Below are positions 18,559 through 28,155 of a stretch of 64,000 bases of DNA, one piece after another. The number at the start of each line of letters is the position of its first letter. The stretch's first letter is position 1. Both the position numbers and the translations under genes were made by a program. The stretch covers positions 81,434 through 145,433 of IMG/VR virus record IMGVR_UViG_3300017971_000207. One strand, 5' to 3'. The notes below the pieces were generated by a model, which saw only the letters and a program-made list of their open reading frames with translations, was not told where the DNA came from and did not search any database. Source of the stretch: a virus.

Positions 18559-18847
18559 CCTCTCCCTCCTTACCGCCGTACTCCGCCGAGAACGCCTCCT
18601 CTAGCGCCGCAATCGCTCCATGCACCTCGGGCCCCAGCTGGGCCTGGTAGGGCTGTAGAACGTCAAGGAGACCCTCTGCTGCCCGCGCTATCGGGCAGGG
18701 CTCGGCCGCGAGCTCCGCTAGCTCCGCGACATCTACCAGCATCGCGCGAAGCGACTCAATCCTCTCGGCAGAGGGCAGAAGCGAGGCAGGCTCGCGCAGC
18801 CTCGCTAAGATTGATTTGACCAGCTGGTGTCGACGTAATGCTCCCAC
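18542..18847 (-). CDS. Hypothetical protein
   Basis: Helical ORF filling the operon gap; start uncertain. Confidence 0.45.
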   Translation of the reverse strand: MGALRRHQLVKSILARLREPASLLPSAERIESLRAMLVDVAELAELAAEPCPIARAAEGLLDVLQPYQAQLGPEVHGAIAALEEAFSAEYGGKEGEDGGAV

Positions 18848-19473
18848 CGCTCGTCCTCCTCGGGCACCGGCCCAGGCTCGGTTAGAAAGCGCTCGTACTC
18901 CTCAACAAACCATTCCTGCTGCGGGGTTTGGATAGTGCCCTTGCGCGAGGCTCGCGTCTCCGCGATGGCATCCGCAGCGGACATACCCATCAGGATGAGG
19001 CAGCAGGCAACGACGAGGCCCGTGCGGCCTAAGCCTCCGCGGCAGTGCACAACGATATTCTCGCCATGCTCCAGCCGCTTCACGAGCTCCCGGACGAGCT
19101 CGTGAAGGCTCGCCATCGAATGCGGGACGCTCACGTCGGGGAAGGGGTAGTAGATCGAGGCCATCCCCGCATGGCCAACCTCATAAAGCAGGTCGGGAAT
19201 CTGCAAGAGCTTGAGCTCATGCCACTCCACCAGGGGGACAAGCACATCCACCTTGTGGTGACGAGCAAGAACCCCCACATCTGCCGGCAGGTTGCGGTCC
19301 CATATAGCGGTCAGCCCCCCCTCGTCCTTCTTGCCCGGCGCGAAGGTCATCCCAAGACGGCCCGGAAGGCCCGTCTCGACCCAGTCAACTAGGATCGGGT
19401 GGGAGATGCTGGTGCGGCGCTGTCCCGGCGGTTGGGGCTTAGCTTTCATCATCTTTGCTGCGTTCTTGGTCAT
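18805..19473 (-). CDS. Dual-specificity/PTP-family phosphatase (CDKN3-like)
   Basis: HCRGGLGRTG Cx5R motif, FPD, IQTPQQ. Confidence 0.9.
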   Translation of the reverse strand: MTKNAAKMMKAKPQPPGQRRTSISHPILVDWVETGLPGRLGMTFAPGKKDEGGLTAIWDRNLPADVGVLARHHKVDVLVPLVEWHELKLLQIPDLLYEVGHAGMASIYYPFPDVSVPHSMASLHELVRELVKRLEHGENIVVHCRGGLGRTGLVVACCLILMGMSAADAIAETRASRKGTIQTPQQEWFVEEYERFLTEPGPVPEEDERWEHYVDTSWSNQS

Positions 19474-19515
19474 GATCTCTCCCTGTTATCAGTGTATAAC
19501 ATGGCGAGGGTATTG

Positions 19516-19740
19516 TCAAGGGATGACCGCTCCGCCGTCCGGGAGGTTCTCCACAGAAGCCTCTGAAAGGCTCTTAATCTGGACAGACCTAGGGGAGCCC
19601 CTACAGCCTCGACAAAGCTTTGGCGGCACTGTGCCGGCATACAGGCGCCCGCAGCACCGAGCGATGTACGTAGGGGTACCCTGGTCCAGAAAGGGCTTTA
19701 CGAGGCGGCTAAGAGCTTCCTGTAGCTGGTCATCATTCAT
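19516..19740 (-). CDS. Small Zn-ribbon protein
   Basis: CCG...CRGC. Confidence 0.5.
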   Translation of the reverse strand: MNDDQLQEALSRLVKPFLDQGTPTYIARCCGRLYAGTVPPKLCRGCRGSPRSVQIKSLSEASVENLPDGGAVIP

Positions 19741-19927
19741 GGGGGACTCCGAGCTTCTGCTCTATCTGAGCTTGCTCCAGAACGTTCGCGGCCAGCTTCT
19801 CCTCCAGCTGAGCTTGCTGCGCACGCAGCTTGCGCAGCCGAAGAAGAAGCTTACGCTCGGCCGGGGAGGCGCGCTGGAGCCGCACCTCCTCGGGGTCATA
19901 CTCTGCACCACAGGTCGAGCACAGCAT
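19733..19927 (-). CDS. Small Zn-finger/coiled-coil protein
   Basis: CSTCG followed by heptad-rich helix. Confidence 0.5.
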   Translation of the reverse strand: MLCSTCGAEYDPEEVRLQRASPAERKLLLRLRKLRAQQAQLEEKLAANVLEQAQIEQKLGVPHE

Positions 19928-19934
19928 AGGTAAC

Positions 19935-22238
19935 CTATAGCGAGCTAACGTCGCCTCGGGCGAAGTAGAGCTCATGCTTAGCGCGAGTGATGGCAACGTA
20001 GAGCAGGTTGTGCTCCTCGTCTGCAGGGGGCTTACCGCACCACCACTGGAGATAGGTATCGCGGAGCACGAAAACGCGATCTCGCTCCAACCCTTTAGCC
20101 TTATGGGTGGTGGACAAGGTTACGCGGGAGCGTGCATCATCGTCGTCGCAGAAGAACTGATCGATGCGTTGCTCCAGCTCCCGGATAGAGGAGGCACCTT
20201 CCATGAGGGCGAGCATGCAGCGGCGCTTATCATCCAGCAGCCCGGTGTCGCCCGGCGGCTCCTTACTTTCTAGGCGCTCTGTCTCCTTGTCGTACCAGTC
20301 CTGCAGCCACGTCTGCAGCTCCCCTAGCGTTCGGGCCTTGGATCGCTCGATAAGCTTCAGCAGCACCGCGCTGAACCGACGCCCGAGAATACCGGCAGGG
20401 CGCTTGTCCAGCAGGAGCTTGAGGCAAAGGCGGATCAGGGGAGCGTTGGTCCGAGAGAGGACGAAGTCTCCCGGCCTGGCATCCCGGAAGAGGTCCTCCA
20501 CGGCGCACTTCTTGACGAGGCCCTCGGGACGACCTGGCTCGACCTCCAGGTCTGGGACAATGCGCTGAGCTTCTCGGACAATCGCCGCGTCGCAGCGGTA
20601 GGTGATGGGGAGCGGGAGGACCTTAGCGTTGAGGCGCTGAATGATACGGGGGATTGAATGGGAATCGGCGCCGCGGAACAGATATATAGAGTTGAGGACG
20701 ACCACACCATTGGCGGCGTAGCTGTGATCCTCCTCCACATCGAGGGAGAAGACGGGACCCTCGTAGCTGCTCACCTCTACACGGTCGACAGGCTCCCAGC
20801 GGTTCTGTCCGTCAGGTAGAGGTAGGGACATGAGACCAGGCTCTACGTTCGATGCGAACACTTTGAAGTAGGTCGCACGTCCCTGCTTAGCTCGGACGTC
20901 CGGCATATCTGGCCACGGATACAAAGGGAGAGCTAGCTCGCGATTATGGTCCGAGAGAGCTGCAAGTCCTCGGCCCGTGTTGCTGTCAGCTACCGCGTCG
21001 AAGAGTCGGCGGATGGTATCCTCTGTAATGTGGTTTGCCCCGTGTACGGGCTCAAAGGTCATGGTAGGGAGGCCGTACCGCGCCGCCACCACACTCTCGT
21101 AGAGGCTGGCCTCGGTGCGGTCATTGTGAGTACGCAGTATCCAGGTCTTGTCCGCCTGCTCCATGCGTGCACGGTGCGCTAGATGAAAGATGCGTGCGTT
21201 GCTGGAGGTGGTGAAGAGCTGGCACCACCCGACGCGGAAGCCGTACCCTTCTCGCCACATCAGGTAGGTTACACAGGTCTTCACGGTACGGTCTGACCAA
21301 CGGCAAAGCAGTTTGTGGTTGGGAGTCATCGGCACGTCTCGCCCGGCAACACCGACGGTGCGGAGAGCACCGCTGTAGGGGCGCTGGGCTATTCTGTAGT
21401 GGCGTCCCCCCACCATCCTCTGCGCGTTGCGACTCCACCCAGCAATGGTCGCGCCTGTGTTACTCTCGGGCGCTAATAGCTCAATGGGAACCTCCGCACC
21501 TGTGTGATCTATCTGCACACGAACGCCGGGCGGGTGGCACTGCCGGTCATCCCCTACAGCGCAGATGCGTCCCCCGCGCCCGCAGGCGCGCAGGGCCAGC
21601 TCGACCTGAGCGCGATTGAGATCCTGGGTCTCGTCCACGAAGACGTGCTTGTACTTGGGGGTCTGCATGCGAAGCTTGACGGGCATCCAGATCATGTCGT
21701 CGAAGTCGTAGGTCTTCTGGTCCTCCAGACACACCTTCAACATGAGCAAGATACCTTGGATAAATTGCTTCCGCTCTCGGTCCCCATCACCGTAGTAGAG
21801 ATCAAAAGCGTCTATCAGGTTGTCTAGCTCCTGCGGCTCCTCTACCAGCAACCCCTTGGCCTTTGACACAGCATCCGCCAGGCTCCGCTTCACATCCCAG
21901 GCAACGTCGTAGTACCAGGGAAGGTGCTCCTTCATCAGGCGAAACACCTTCCGCTGGTCCAGCTCCGCCGAGTTACCCCACGCCTTCCACAGTATCCCGC
22001 GCCCAAAAGCGTGCAGAGTCTTGATATTGGGGCCCCGCGGCGCCCTAGACTCCATCTCCTCGCGAATCGCGCGGTTAAAGGCCACCACCAAGGTGCGATG
22101 GTTGCGCTTCGGTAGGTGACGCAGAGACTCGATAATCGTTGCTGTCTTTCCAGACCCCGCCCGAGCAAGCACAACGGTGTGTCCGTTGCCCGCCTTGGCG
22201 TCCTCAAAGACCGCTTCCTGATACTTGCTCCACTGCAT
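19935..22238 (-). CDS. UvrD/Rep superfamily 1 helicase with intein
   Basis: ARAGSGKT, VAFNR, VDETQD, GDDRQ|SIYLFRGA, YRC, THKAKGLE, YVAITRA. Confidence 0.93.
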   Translation of the reverse strand: MQWSKYQEAVFEDAKAGNGHTVVLARAGSGKTATIIESLRHLPKRNHRTLVVAFNRAIREEMESRAPRGPNIKTLHAFGRGILWKAWGNSAELDQRKVFRLMKEHLPWYYDVAWDVKRSLADAVSKAKGLLVEEPQELDNLIDAFDLYYGDGDRERKQFIQGILLMLKVCLEDQKTYDFDDMIWMPVKLRMQTPKYKHVFVDETQDLNRAQVELALRACGRGGRICAVGDDRQCHPPGVRVQIDHTGAEVPIELLAPESNTGATIAGWSRNAQRMVGGRHYRIAQRPYSGALRTVGVAGRDVPMTPNHKLLCRWSDRTVKTCVTYLMWREGYGFRVGWCQLFTTSSNARIFHLAHRARMEQADKTWILRTHNDRTEASLYESVVAARYGLPTMTFEPVHGANHITEDTIRRLFDAVADSNTGRGLAALSDHNRELALPLYPWPDMPDVRAKQGRATYFKVFASNVEPGLMSLPLPDGQNRWEPVDRVEVSSYEGPVFSLDVEEDHSYAANGVVVLNSIYLFRGADSHSIPRIIQRLNAKVLPLPITYRCDAAIVREAQRIVPDLEVEPGRPEGLVKKCAVEDLFRDARPGDFVLSRTNAPLIRLCLKLLLDKRPAGILGRRFSAVLLKLIERSKARTLGELQTWLQDWYDKETERLESKEPPGDTGLLDDKRRCMLALMEGASSIRELEQRIDQFFCDDDDARSRVTLSTTHKAKGLERDRVFVLRDTYLQWWCGKPPADEEHNLLYVAITRAKHELYFARGDVSSL
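20691..21539 (-). mobile_element. Intein (283 aa) in helicase motif III
   Basis: CHPPG start, TPNH, VFSLDV..HSYAANG.VLN|S. Confidence 0.88.
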
Positions 22239-22364
22239 GTGCGTTGCTCCTATCGCTCGCATAAGATGCTCGACCCTACCACATAAGGAAAAAGTTGTCA
22301 ACAGTGTGAAAAACTGCCCCAGCTTTGTCAGATTGGGAGGGTGTCTGTTCGTCCTGCAGACACC

Positions 22365-22712
22365 ATGACGAAGCTAATCAATCTCACCCCACACCCTTTA
22401 ACCCTTAGAGACGCCAACGGCGAGGACACTGTGATCCCGCCCTCCGGAGCTGTTGCTCGTGTAGCGATGGTTGCCGGTGCGCTGGAGCACGTTGAGGGCG
22501 TCCCCATCCCCATCGCTGGCGCAGATCAACCCGGCCCCGTCCAAGGGCTCGGAGAGCCGCGGCCTGGTGTTCTATACATCGTCTCGGCGATGGTTGGGTC
22601 CTATTGTCGAGGGCGCCACGACGTGGTTGTCCCCGGCACGGGGCCGGCCGACGGTGCAATCCGAAATGCCAAGGGGCACATAGCTGCTGTGACACGGCTT
22701 AAGAGGGTTTAG
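22365..22712 (+). CDS. Conserved phage-type hypothetical protein
   Basis: INLTPH..LYIVS..PGTGP..IRN motifs. Confidence 0.7.
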   Translation: MTKLINLTPHPLTLRDANGEDTVIPPSGAVARVAMVAGALEHVEGVPIPIAGADQPGPVQGLGEPRPGVLYIVSAMVGSYCRGRHDVVVPGTGPADGAIRNAKGHIAAVTRLKRV

Positions 22713-22973
22713 GCGCGGGCTCGGGCAGGTGGGGTAGCGGACCCACCTTGGCCTGCCCGAGCATCTCCAGCAGCAGCGTATGAGCCACAGCATACTCGTT
22801 CACAAGGTCCTGGTCCGGAGCTGTCGGGCACCCCTTCGCGGCCTGCAGAGCTGCTTGCCAGCGACGGATGATCTCTACTGCCCGAGGTCATCGAGGCGAG
22901 CCCTCGGGCAGCTCAAGCTTCGCCTCTACCTTAGCGCGGCGAAGTCGCTCTGCGCCGAGGTCCACAAGCTTGC

Positions 22974-23177
22974 TCATGCAGAGTTCTTTGAGGCTAGAGA
23001 GGGGATTCGCGGCAGCAGTGCTAGCCGACGGATGAAAGGGGGCAGCGGAGGCAGCGGCGGTATCTGCGGCAAGACGGCGTCGTGGTTGTGCAGCCTAACC
23101 TTGGCCATCTCCAGCCGATGCTCTGCTAGCTCGACCTCGTACTCCAGCTCCTCACGCTTGTCATCGTGCGTCATCAT
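22974..23177 (-). CDS. Hypothetical protein
   Basis: RBS AGGAG; overlaps upstream stop. Confidence 0.45.
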   Translation of the reverse strand: MMTHDDKREELEYEVELAEHRLEMAKVRLHNHDAVLPQIPPLPPLPPFIRRLALLPRIPSLASKNSA

Positions 23178-23703
23178 CTACTCCTAGCAGCTTGAGGGCC
23201 CGCGAGACATGCTCATCCGTGAGCCCCCCACCATACATGTCAGTCCGAATAAAACGCTCGCCAAGCGCTCGCGTCATGTCCTCGTCATCGATGGCCACCC
23301 ACTGCTTAACGGGAACCCGCTTTAGCCACGCGAGGACGGCCTCTGCGCGTGTTGTTCGGTGGTAGGTGTCCGCATCTATCCCCTCTGTCACAACGGCGCC
23401 TATGACCCGCTCAGGGCTCCGCAAGCCTCGGTCGTAGAGGATGGAGGCGAGGTAGGGTACCGGCTCCTTCCAGGCCCACGAGGTACTGAGGACGATTGAG
23501 GCGTCTGCACGCTCCACCAGGCCCGAGAGGCGCGCCACCTTGGAGGGGTCGAGAAACTGCAGGTCCTCCAGCATCCCGCCCAAGTAGTTGGGGAACTCCT
23601 GCTGGATCGCATCGAGTGGTTGCTTTCGGGCAGAGGCGTTCCAGTCCTCGTCGTTCAAGACGCCATCGAAATCGAGGAACACTACTCGGAGGGGCTTACG
23701 CAT
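23161..23703 (-). CDS. HAD phosphatase (Swiss-army-knife RNA repair-like)
   Basis: FLDFDGVLN, IVLSTSW, VAIDD, GLT. Confidence 0.85.
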   Translation of the reverse strand: MRKPLRVVFLDFDGVLNDEDWNASARKQPLDAIQQEFPNYLGGMLEDLQFLDPSKVARLSGLVERADASIVLSTSWAWKEPVPYLASILYDRGLRSPERVIGAVVTEGIDADTYHRTTRAEAVLAWLKRVPVKQWVAIDDEDMTRALGERFIRTDMYGGGLTDEHVSRALKLLGVDDDAR

Positions 23704-24092
23704 CGGAGCATCTCCTCCGTTCGTACTACCAGGTCCGACAGGTCCAGCTCCAGTCCAGCCACATCGCACTGCGCGGCTGCATGTAGCAGGACGGTACGTA
23801 CCCCGCGGGCGGGGTCGACCCAGCGGCTAAGCTTCTGTGCACCAATAAGTCCCAGCAGGGACCAGATACGGAAGGCGGCCGACACCGCCACCTCCTTATC
23901 CTCCAGCGCCTTGACGACGGCTAGCATCATCCTGTTTATTGGGTGGTCCGTAAGCTTCATCTCGACCCCATCTAGCTCGAAGCTCTTACCAAGCTCGATC
24001 GGCACCACGTTGCCGCTGGCAATGGCCTCGTTTGCGGCATCCCATGCGACCATGAAGCTCTCGATGGAGACCGCTTTGATCTCAAGCATCAT
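23682..24092 (-). CDS. Hypothetical protein
   Basis: ATG after GAGGTGG; operon packing. Confidence 0.55.
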   Translation of the reverse strand: MMLEIKAVSIESFMVAWDAANEAIASGNVVPIELGKSFELDGVEMKLTDHPINRMMLAVVKALEDKEVAVSAAFRIWSLLGLIGAQKLSRWVDPARGVRTVLLHAAAQCDVAGLELDLSDLVVRTEEMLRCVSPSE

Positions 24093-24621
24093 CCACCTCG
24101 CTGTAGCCTCCCCCATGCTGGAGCACGGATAGGCTAACGAGGCGAGCAAGAATAAATCGGACCAGGTGCTGCCGACGGATGGTCTCGCCCACATCCTCGC
24201 ACCAGCGTTGCCCGCTCTCCAACTGCGCACCGCAGACCACCAGATTAGGGGGTGGCTTAGCCCAATGCGGCACCACCATGAGCACCTCCTCAGCACGGCG
24301 CCCATCAAGCTCAGCCTTGAGCCGCAAGGGCTTAGCGCCAGGCTCTGCCGGGATACACGGCCGCAGCCCGTCGGCCAGCGACCGCAGCTTACCGTCGATC
24401 GCTTTGACACGGTCGGCAATCCCACAGCAACGACAGCGCCCCGTGCGACCGTCCGAGAGCAGCTCCCAGTCGTGTCCTGTAGCTTCCGCTAAAGGCGGCA
24501 CCAAGCCGCGGAGGCGCTCATCAATGATGCGCCGAAGGGTGTGCAGGAGGTCCTCGTCGCCTTCCTGGCGTTGCTCCTCCAGCAACGCCCAGATCTTTTC
24601 GTCGTCGGTCATACAGCTCAT
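24082..24621 (-). CDS. Hypothetical protein
   Basis: TTGACC-17-TAGTAT promoter just upstream. Confidence 0.6.
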   Translation of the reverse strand: MSCMTDDEKIWALLEEQRQEGDEDLLHTLRRIIDERLRGLVPPLAEATGHDWELLSDGRTGRCRCCGIADRVKAIDGKLRSLADGLRPCIPAEPGAKPLRLKAELDGRRAEEVLMVVPHWAKPPPNLVVCGAQLESGQRWCEDVGETIRRQHLVRFILARLVSLSVLQHGGGYSEVDDA

Positions 24622-24777
24622 AGGCACTGATACTACCACATAGGGGGCGGATGGTCAATCGGCGGCGCCTGCGGCCGTCCGGGGCAAAAGCTCCCTAGAC
24701 CTCGTGGACCGACCAGCGACCAATTGTAGTCCGCAAGCTCCCTTGGAGAGCTCAGGGGAGTTTGGTAGACTCGGGGG

Positions 24778-25329
24778 ATGCTGCTGCAGGAGAAGATCAG
24801 GAGATGCGAGGATATCCTGGAAGCAGCCGGGCGTCCGCGGAGGCGGTACGCCCGGTGGGCGGAGGTAGAGGAGCTGGCGTCCGTGATCGCGGATAAGCTC
24901 CTGGTGTCTCTACTCTACGCTCGTGGCAGGGAGGCCAGCAGCGATTTTGGCGGCCTTGTCTCGGACCTTATCGAAGGCCCCTACGCCGCGCTCCTGATTC
25001 TCCGAGACGCTTTCAAGGCCGCCAAGATGACCAAGGTCTCAAGGGCGCTGGATGCTTGGGCTTCTAAGCACACTCCCATCCGGCCGGAGGAGGAGCTAAC
25101 CGACAAGGAGCTGCGAAGGTCCGAGAAGGCTCTAAGCCGCGCCCAGACCCGCGCCGCCAACATTCGGGACGCCATACGCTTCGGGCGAAGGGAGAAGCTT
25201 TACGAGGTCGAAGATCTTCGAGTCGACCTGCTGGAGCTAACTCTGATGCTGGCAGATGTCCTTCCCCTGCTGGGCTACCATACTGGAGGCCGCACCCTGG
25301 CGCAGCTGGTCCACACCATCCAGCTTTAG
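24778..25329 (+). CDS. Leader-bearing helical protein (paralog family)
   Basis: MLLQEKIRRCEDILEA; similar to 25341 and 51518 ORFs. Confidence 0.75.
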   Translation: MLLQEKIRRCEDILEAAGRPRRRYARWAEVEELASVIADKLLVSLLYARGREASSDFGGLVSDLIEGPYAALLILRDAFKAAKMTKVSRALDAWASKHTPIRPEEELTDKELRRSEKALSRAQTRAANIRDAIRFGRREKLYEVEDLRVDLLELTLMLADVLPLLGYHTGGRTLAQLVHTIQL

Positions 25330-25340
25330 GAGAGTCCGCC

Positions 25341-25865
25341 GTGGAACTGTATGAGAAGATCAAGAAGTGCCGAGACATCCTAGAGGCTCCCAGGCCCACC
25401 CTAGATATGCCGAGCTGGGAGGAGGTGGAGGTCGACCTCCGCGCCTCTCTGTCCGAGCTTGAGCTCGCGCTGTCCTACGCAGATGGACGTCGCCAAACAT
25501 TAGGGGAGCCCACGTCACACGCGGTAGCCGCCGACGTACGCAACGCGGCTCTAGATCTCAGCGCCGCGATGAAAAGCGCGGGCCTCTGGAGGATCAATCG
25601 CGCCGTAGAGCGCTGGTATGACAACCACGTCGGCCGCCAGCCCGAGCGCGACGTAAGCCTGGCAGGTATCCGCACCGCACAGCCAAAGCTGGCCGGGCTC
25701 CGCGCAGGTACCGAGGCAGTGCTAGGCAGCATTCCTAGGCTCCCCGATGTTGCTGAGCTTAGAGGAGACCTGGCGACGCTCTTGCGTCTTTACGGCCCAA
25801 TTCTGACCTCGTTGGGGTTCACCAGCGCGGGCGCAGATATTAGCAGAATTGCTCAAAGCGCTTAA
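25341..25865 (+). CDS. Leader-bearing helical protein (paralog family)
   Basis: MELYEKIKKCRDILEA; RBS AGGAG. Confidence 0.75.
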   Translation: MELYEKIKKCRDILEAPRPTLDMPSWEEVEVDLRASLSELELALSYADGRRQTLGEPTSHAVAADVRNAALDLSAAMKSAGLWRINRAVERWYDNHVGRQPERDVSLAGIRTAQPKLAGLRAGTEAVLGSIPRLPDVAELRGDLATLLRLYGPILTSLGFTSAGADISRIAQSA

Positions 25866-25881
25866 AAGCGATAAGCAGTAC

Positions 25882-25920
25882 AAATAAAAGCGGCCCCGTC
25901 GGGGACCAGCCGACGGGGCC
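25882..25920 (-). terminator. Rho-independent terminator ending the leftward early region
   Basis: GGCCCCGTCGG/CCGACGGGGCC 11-bp stem followed by GCTTTTATTT on - strand. Confidence 0.75.
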
Positions 25921-26047
25921 TGTAGGAGAGTAACACACTACGTCAGCAAGCAACCGTGGGCATGCGGTTGCAGGCTGAGGAGGACACGCGATACCAACCT
26001 TTCGGGTACCCTCCTCAGCCTCCGAGGAGGCGTGCACTCGTTGGGGC

Positions 26048-26491
26048 TCAGCCCTCGTAGGTTCCTGGGTCAAGCTTGCGGGCGAGCTCGTCCAGACCAT
26101 CCGCGAGCTGATCAACCAGCTTGTCGGTGTCCTCAGCAGGACCGCCAACCGGCCCTGTTTGGATCAGCTCCAGAAGCTCGTCTACGAGCTTGGCGGCCTC
26201 GGCTGTCTGCTCATTGGAGGCGTCGAGCGCCATCCGCACCAGCTGCAGATCAACCTGCTGCTCCACCAGGTGAGGCGCAAGCCCAGTGCTCCCACACTCC
26301 TCGCACGGGTCCTCAGCCCAGTAGCCCTTGGGATTGAACTCGTCCACCTCAAATGAGGTGGTGTTGGGATTGAGCCCTGAGCCCTTACAGGCGGCGCAGT
26401 GGGCCTTCGCCCGCTTACGGCAAGGATTATCCGCACGCAGCCGTGCGGCACGAGGGGTGGTGGGGGTGATTGTGATGTGGTCGTCGGTCAT
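26048..26491 (-). CDS. DnaJ-type Zn-finger protein
   Basis: CAACKGSG...CEECGSTG; own TTGACA/TATACT promoter. Confidence 0.7.
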   Translation of the reverse strand: MTDDHITITPTTPRAARLRADNPCRKRAKAHCAACKGSGLNPNTTSFEVDEFNPKGYWAEDPCEECGSTGLAPHLVEQQVDLQLVRMALDASNEQTAEAAKLVDELLELIQTGPVGGPAEDTDKLVDQLADGLDELARKLDPGTYEG

Positions 26492-26541
26492 GTCGTTGCT
26501 CTCCGTTGTTGTTTTAACAGTATACGGTAAGGCGGGGGTTG

Positions 26542-26868
26542 TCAAGGAATAATTCGCAGGAGGCGCTTGCACTGGCGGGTGAGGAACAGCTCGGTGCCAG
26601 GCTCTACGGCGCCGCGCTCTGCAGACCACTCCCCCTCAGCGTTCACCCACACGTAGCCGTTGGCGCGTGTGTACCCGCTAGTGCGTGCCTCCTTCGGTTC
26701 CCAATGGTACGCCGCCCTCACGAGCCCGAGGCGCTCAAAGACGAGATCCTCAACCTCTCGGGCCCTGGCACAGTCTTGCTCGTCGCCGTCGTTCAGACGG
26801 TCGACGCCCTCGGCGAGGGCACGGAGGATAGCGGGTGTTGTAGGAATGGTGGTGTTATTGTTGGCCAT
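26542..26868 (-). CDS. Hypothetical early protein
   Basis: RBS GAGGAG. Confidence 0.65.
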   Translation of the reverse strand: MANNNTTIPTTPAILRALAEGVDRLNDGDEQDCARAREVEDLVFERLGLVRAAYHWEPKEARTSGYTRANGYVWVNAEGEWSAERGAVEPGTELFLTRQCKRLLRIIP

Positions 26869-26887
26869 AGCTATATGCTCCTCTTTG

Positions 26888-27295
26888 CTAGCAAAACAGG
26901 TCTCCCGCCTCGACACGCAGCTCCTCCCCGGAGGGGAACGCCACGGTTACCTTACGGCGGTCGCGTCGGCTCCCCTTTACACGATCGTGCCACTTAACGA
27001 CCTTTACCTCCACAGAGAACCCGCACCCTGAACACGGAGCCCGTCCGACAAGCTGGAGCTCTGCGCCTGGTGGGTGCGTCAGCTCCCCAAGCTCCGCACG
27101 AGCAAGGACGAAGGGCACGACCCAATCATGCCCTCCCTCTCGCACCACAAGCGCAGTCCCCTTTCGCGCTTTGGTACGCCCGCTCCGCGTCGTGTCGCGT
27201 TCATCGGGAAAGTAGATGGTGGCGCCGTTCGCTACGAGGGCATCGAGATCGTTACTAGAGGCGAGGTAGTAAAGAGGGAGGATTGGGTCGGTCAT
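26888..27295 (-). CDS. Hypothetical early protein
   Basis: RBS AGGAG; preceded by conserved hairpin. Confidence 0.7.
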   Translation of the reverse strand: MTDPILPLYYLASSNDLDALVANGATIYFPDERDTTRSGRTKARKGTALVVREGGHDWVVPFVLARAELGELTHPPGAELQLVGRAPCSGCGFSVEVKVVKWHDRVKGSRRDRRKVTVAFPSGEELRVEAGDLFC

Positions 27296-27324
27296 TGTGT
27301 GCTCCTAGCTGGTTGCTGGCTCTT

Positions 27325-27369
27325 CTAACGCCTCAAGCCCCAGGCTTTCGCTCTGGGGCGGCTCTCTAG
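27325..27369 (-). other. Conserved bulged-A stem-loop leader element (copy 1)
   Basis: GCCCCAG-A-GC-GAAA-GC-CUGGGGC-UUGAGGCGUUAG. Confidence 0.6.
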
Positions 27370-27388
27370 CGCCTCGCGGCGCCGCACC

Positions 27389-27661
27389 TCAGCCGGTGCG
27401 GTAGGCGTTAGGCACATAGCGTGCCCCGCGCGCCTTGGCGCGGCCCGCCAACGCTTTCGCGAAGGCGTAAGGCGTGCCCGCAGGGGCCATGCACCCAAGG
27501 GTGCCATACTGGTGCTCTTCAGCACCTACCTGGCGGAGGTACTCCCCCCGCTCGGTAACCCACAGCTCCTCACCATCGAGGGAGCCGAGGAACTGGGCCT
27601 CGTCGGCCCAGCTAAAAAGGGTGGGGGAAACGTTGCGGGTGATGAGAGAAGCTGTAGCCAT
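27389..27661 (-). CDS. Hypothetical early protein
   Basis: RBS GGAGG; downstream of operator-flanked promoter. Confidence 0.65.
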   Translation of the reverse strand: MATASLITRNVSPTLFSWADEAQFLGSLDGEELWVTERGEYLRQVGAEEHQYGTLGCMAPAGTPYAFAKALAGRAKARGARYVPNAYRTG

Positions 27662-27713
27662 GGGAGACCTCCAAGGGAAAGGGGTTGATGCGGGCCCGAC
27701 GCCGCGCTGCGTT

Positions 27714-27774
27714 GTGAGTATAAGATACACACCCCAAACGATCCTGTCAAGGGGTGTGAGTAATCTTTTCTCAC
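27714..27774 (-). promoter_or_regulatory. Sigma70-type promoter with two GTGWG-N9-CWCAC operators
   Basis: TTGACA-17-TATCTT; operators at 27714-27732 and 27756-27774. Confidence 0.8.
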
Positions 27775-27803
27775 TTTTTCTGGTTGCTCGGGCCGGAGGC
27801 GCG

Positions 27804-28151
27804 CTACAGGCCCCCCTCCTCGGGGTCGAGCAAGGCGCTCGCATCGGCTAGGCCCTCGTGCACCTTTGCCAGCAGATCCCAGGGGTCATCGTCGTCAGAG
27901 TCTGGGGACTCTAGTGCCGCAGCAACCAAACGCTCCAGGGCCTGCAGGCCCGAGAGGGCCTCGGCGGCTAGCGCGCGCTCCTCGCGCAGGATACGCGCTG
28001 TCTGTGTCAGGTCCTCCTGCGTACGGGCAATTGTAGGCGAGACTCCCGACCCTTCGCAGTCTGTACATGGGTAGGAGGACGCGGGGTTGAGGAGCCCAGA
28101 CCCCAGGCAACCGGGGCACAGGATCCCGTCGCGGATAGTGTGAAGAGCCAT
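27804..28151 (-). CDS. DnaJ-type Zn-finger protein (similar to 26048 ORF)
   Basis: CPGCLGSG..NP..CTDCEGSG then coiled coil. Confidence 0.7.
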   Translation of the reverse strand: MALHTIRDGILCPGCLGSGLLNPASSYPCTDCEGSGVSPTIARTQEDLTQTARILREERALAAEALSGLQALERLVAAALESPDSDDDDPWDLLAKVHEGLADASALLDPEEGGL

Positions 28152-28155
28152 GGGA

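Noticed and set aside
25995-26035. Hammerhead ribozyme (CUGAGGA..GAAA on - strand)
   Set aside because: Stems I and II would be only about 2 bp, and the core is sequestered in a stronger 12-bp helix.
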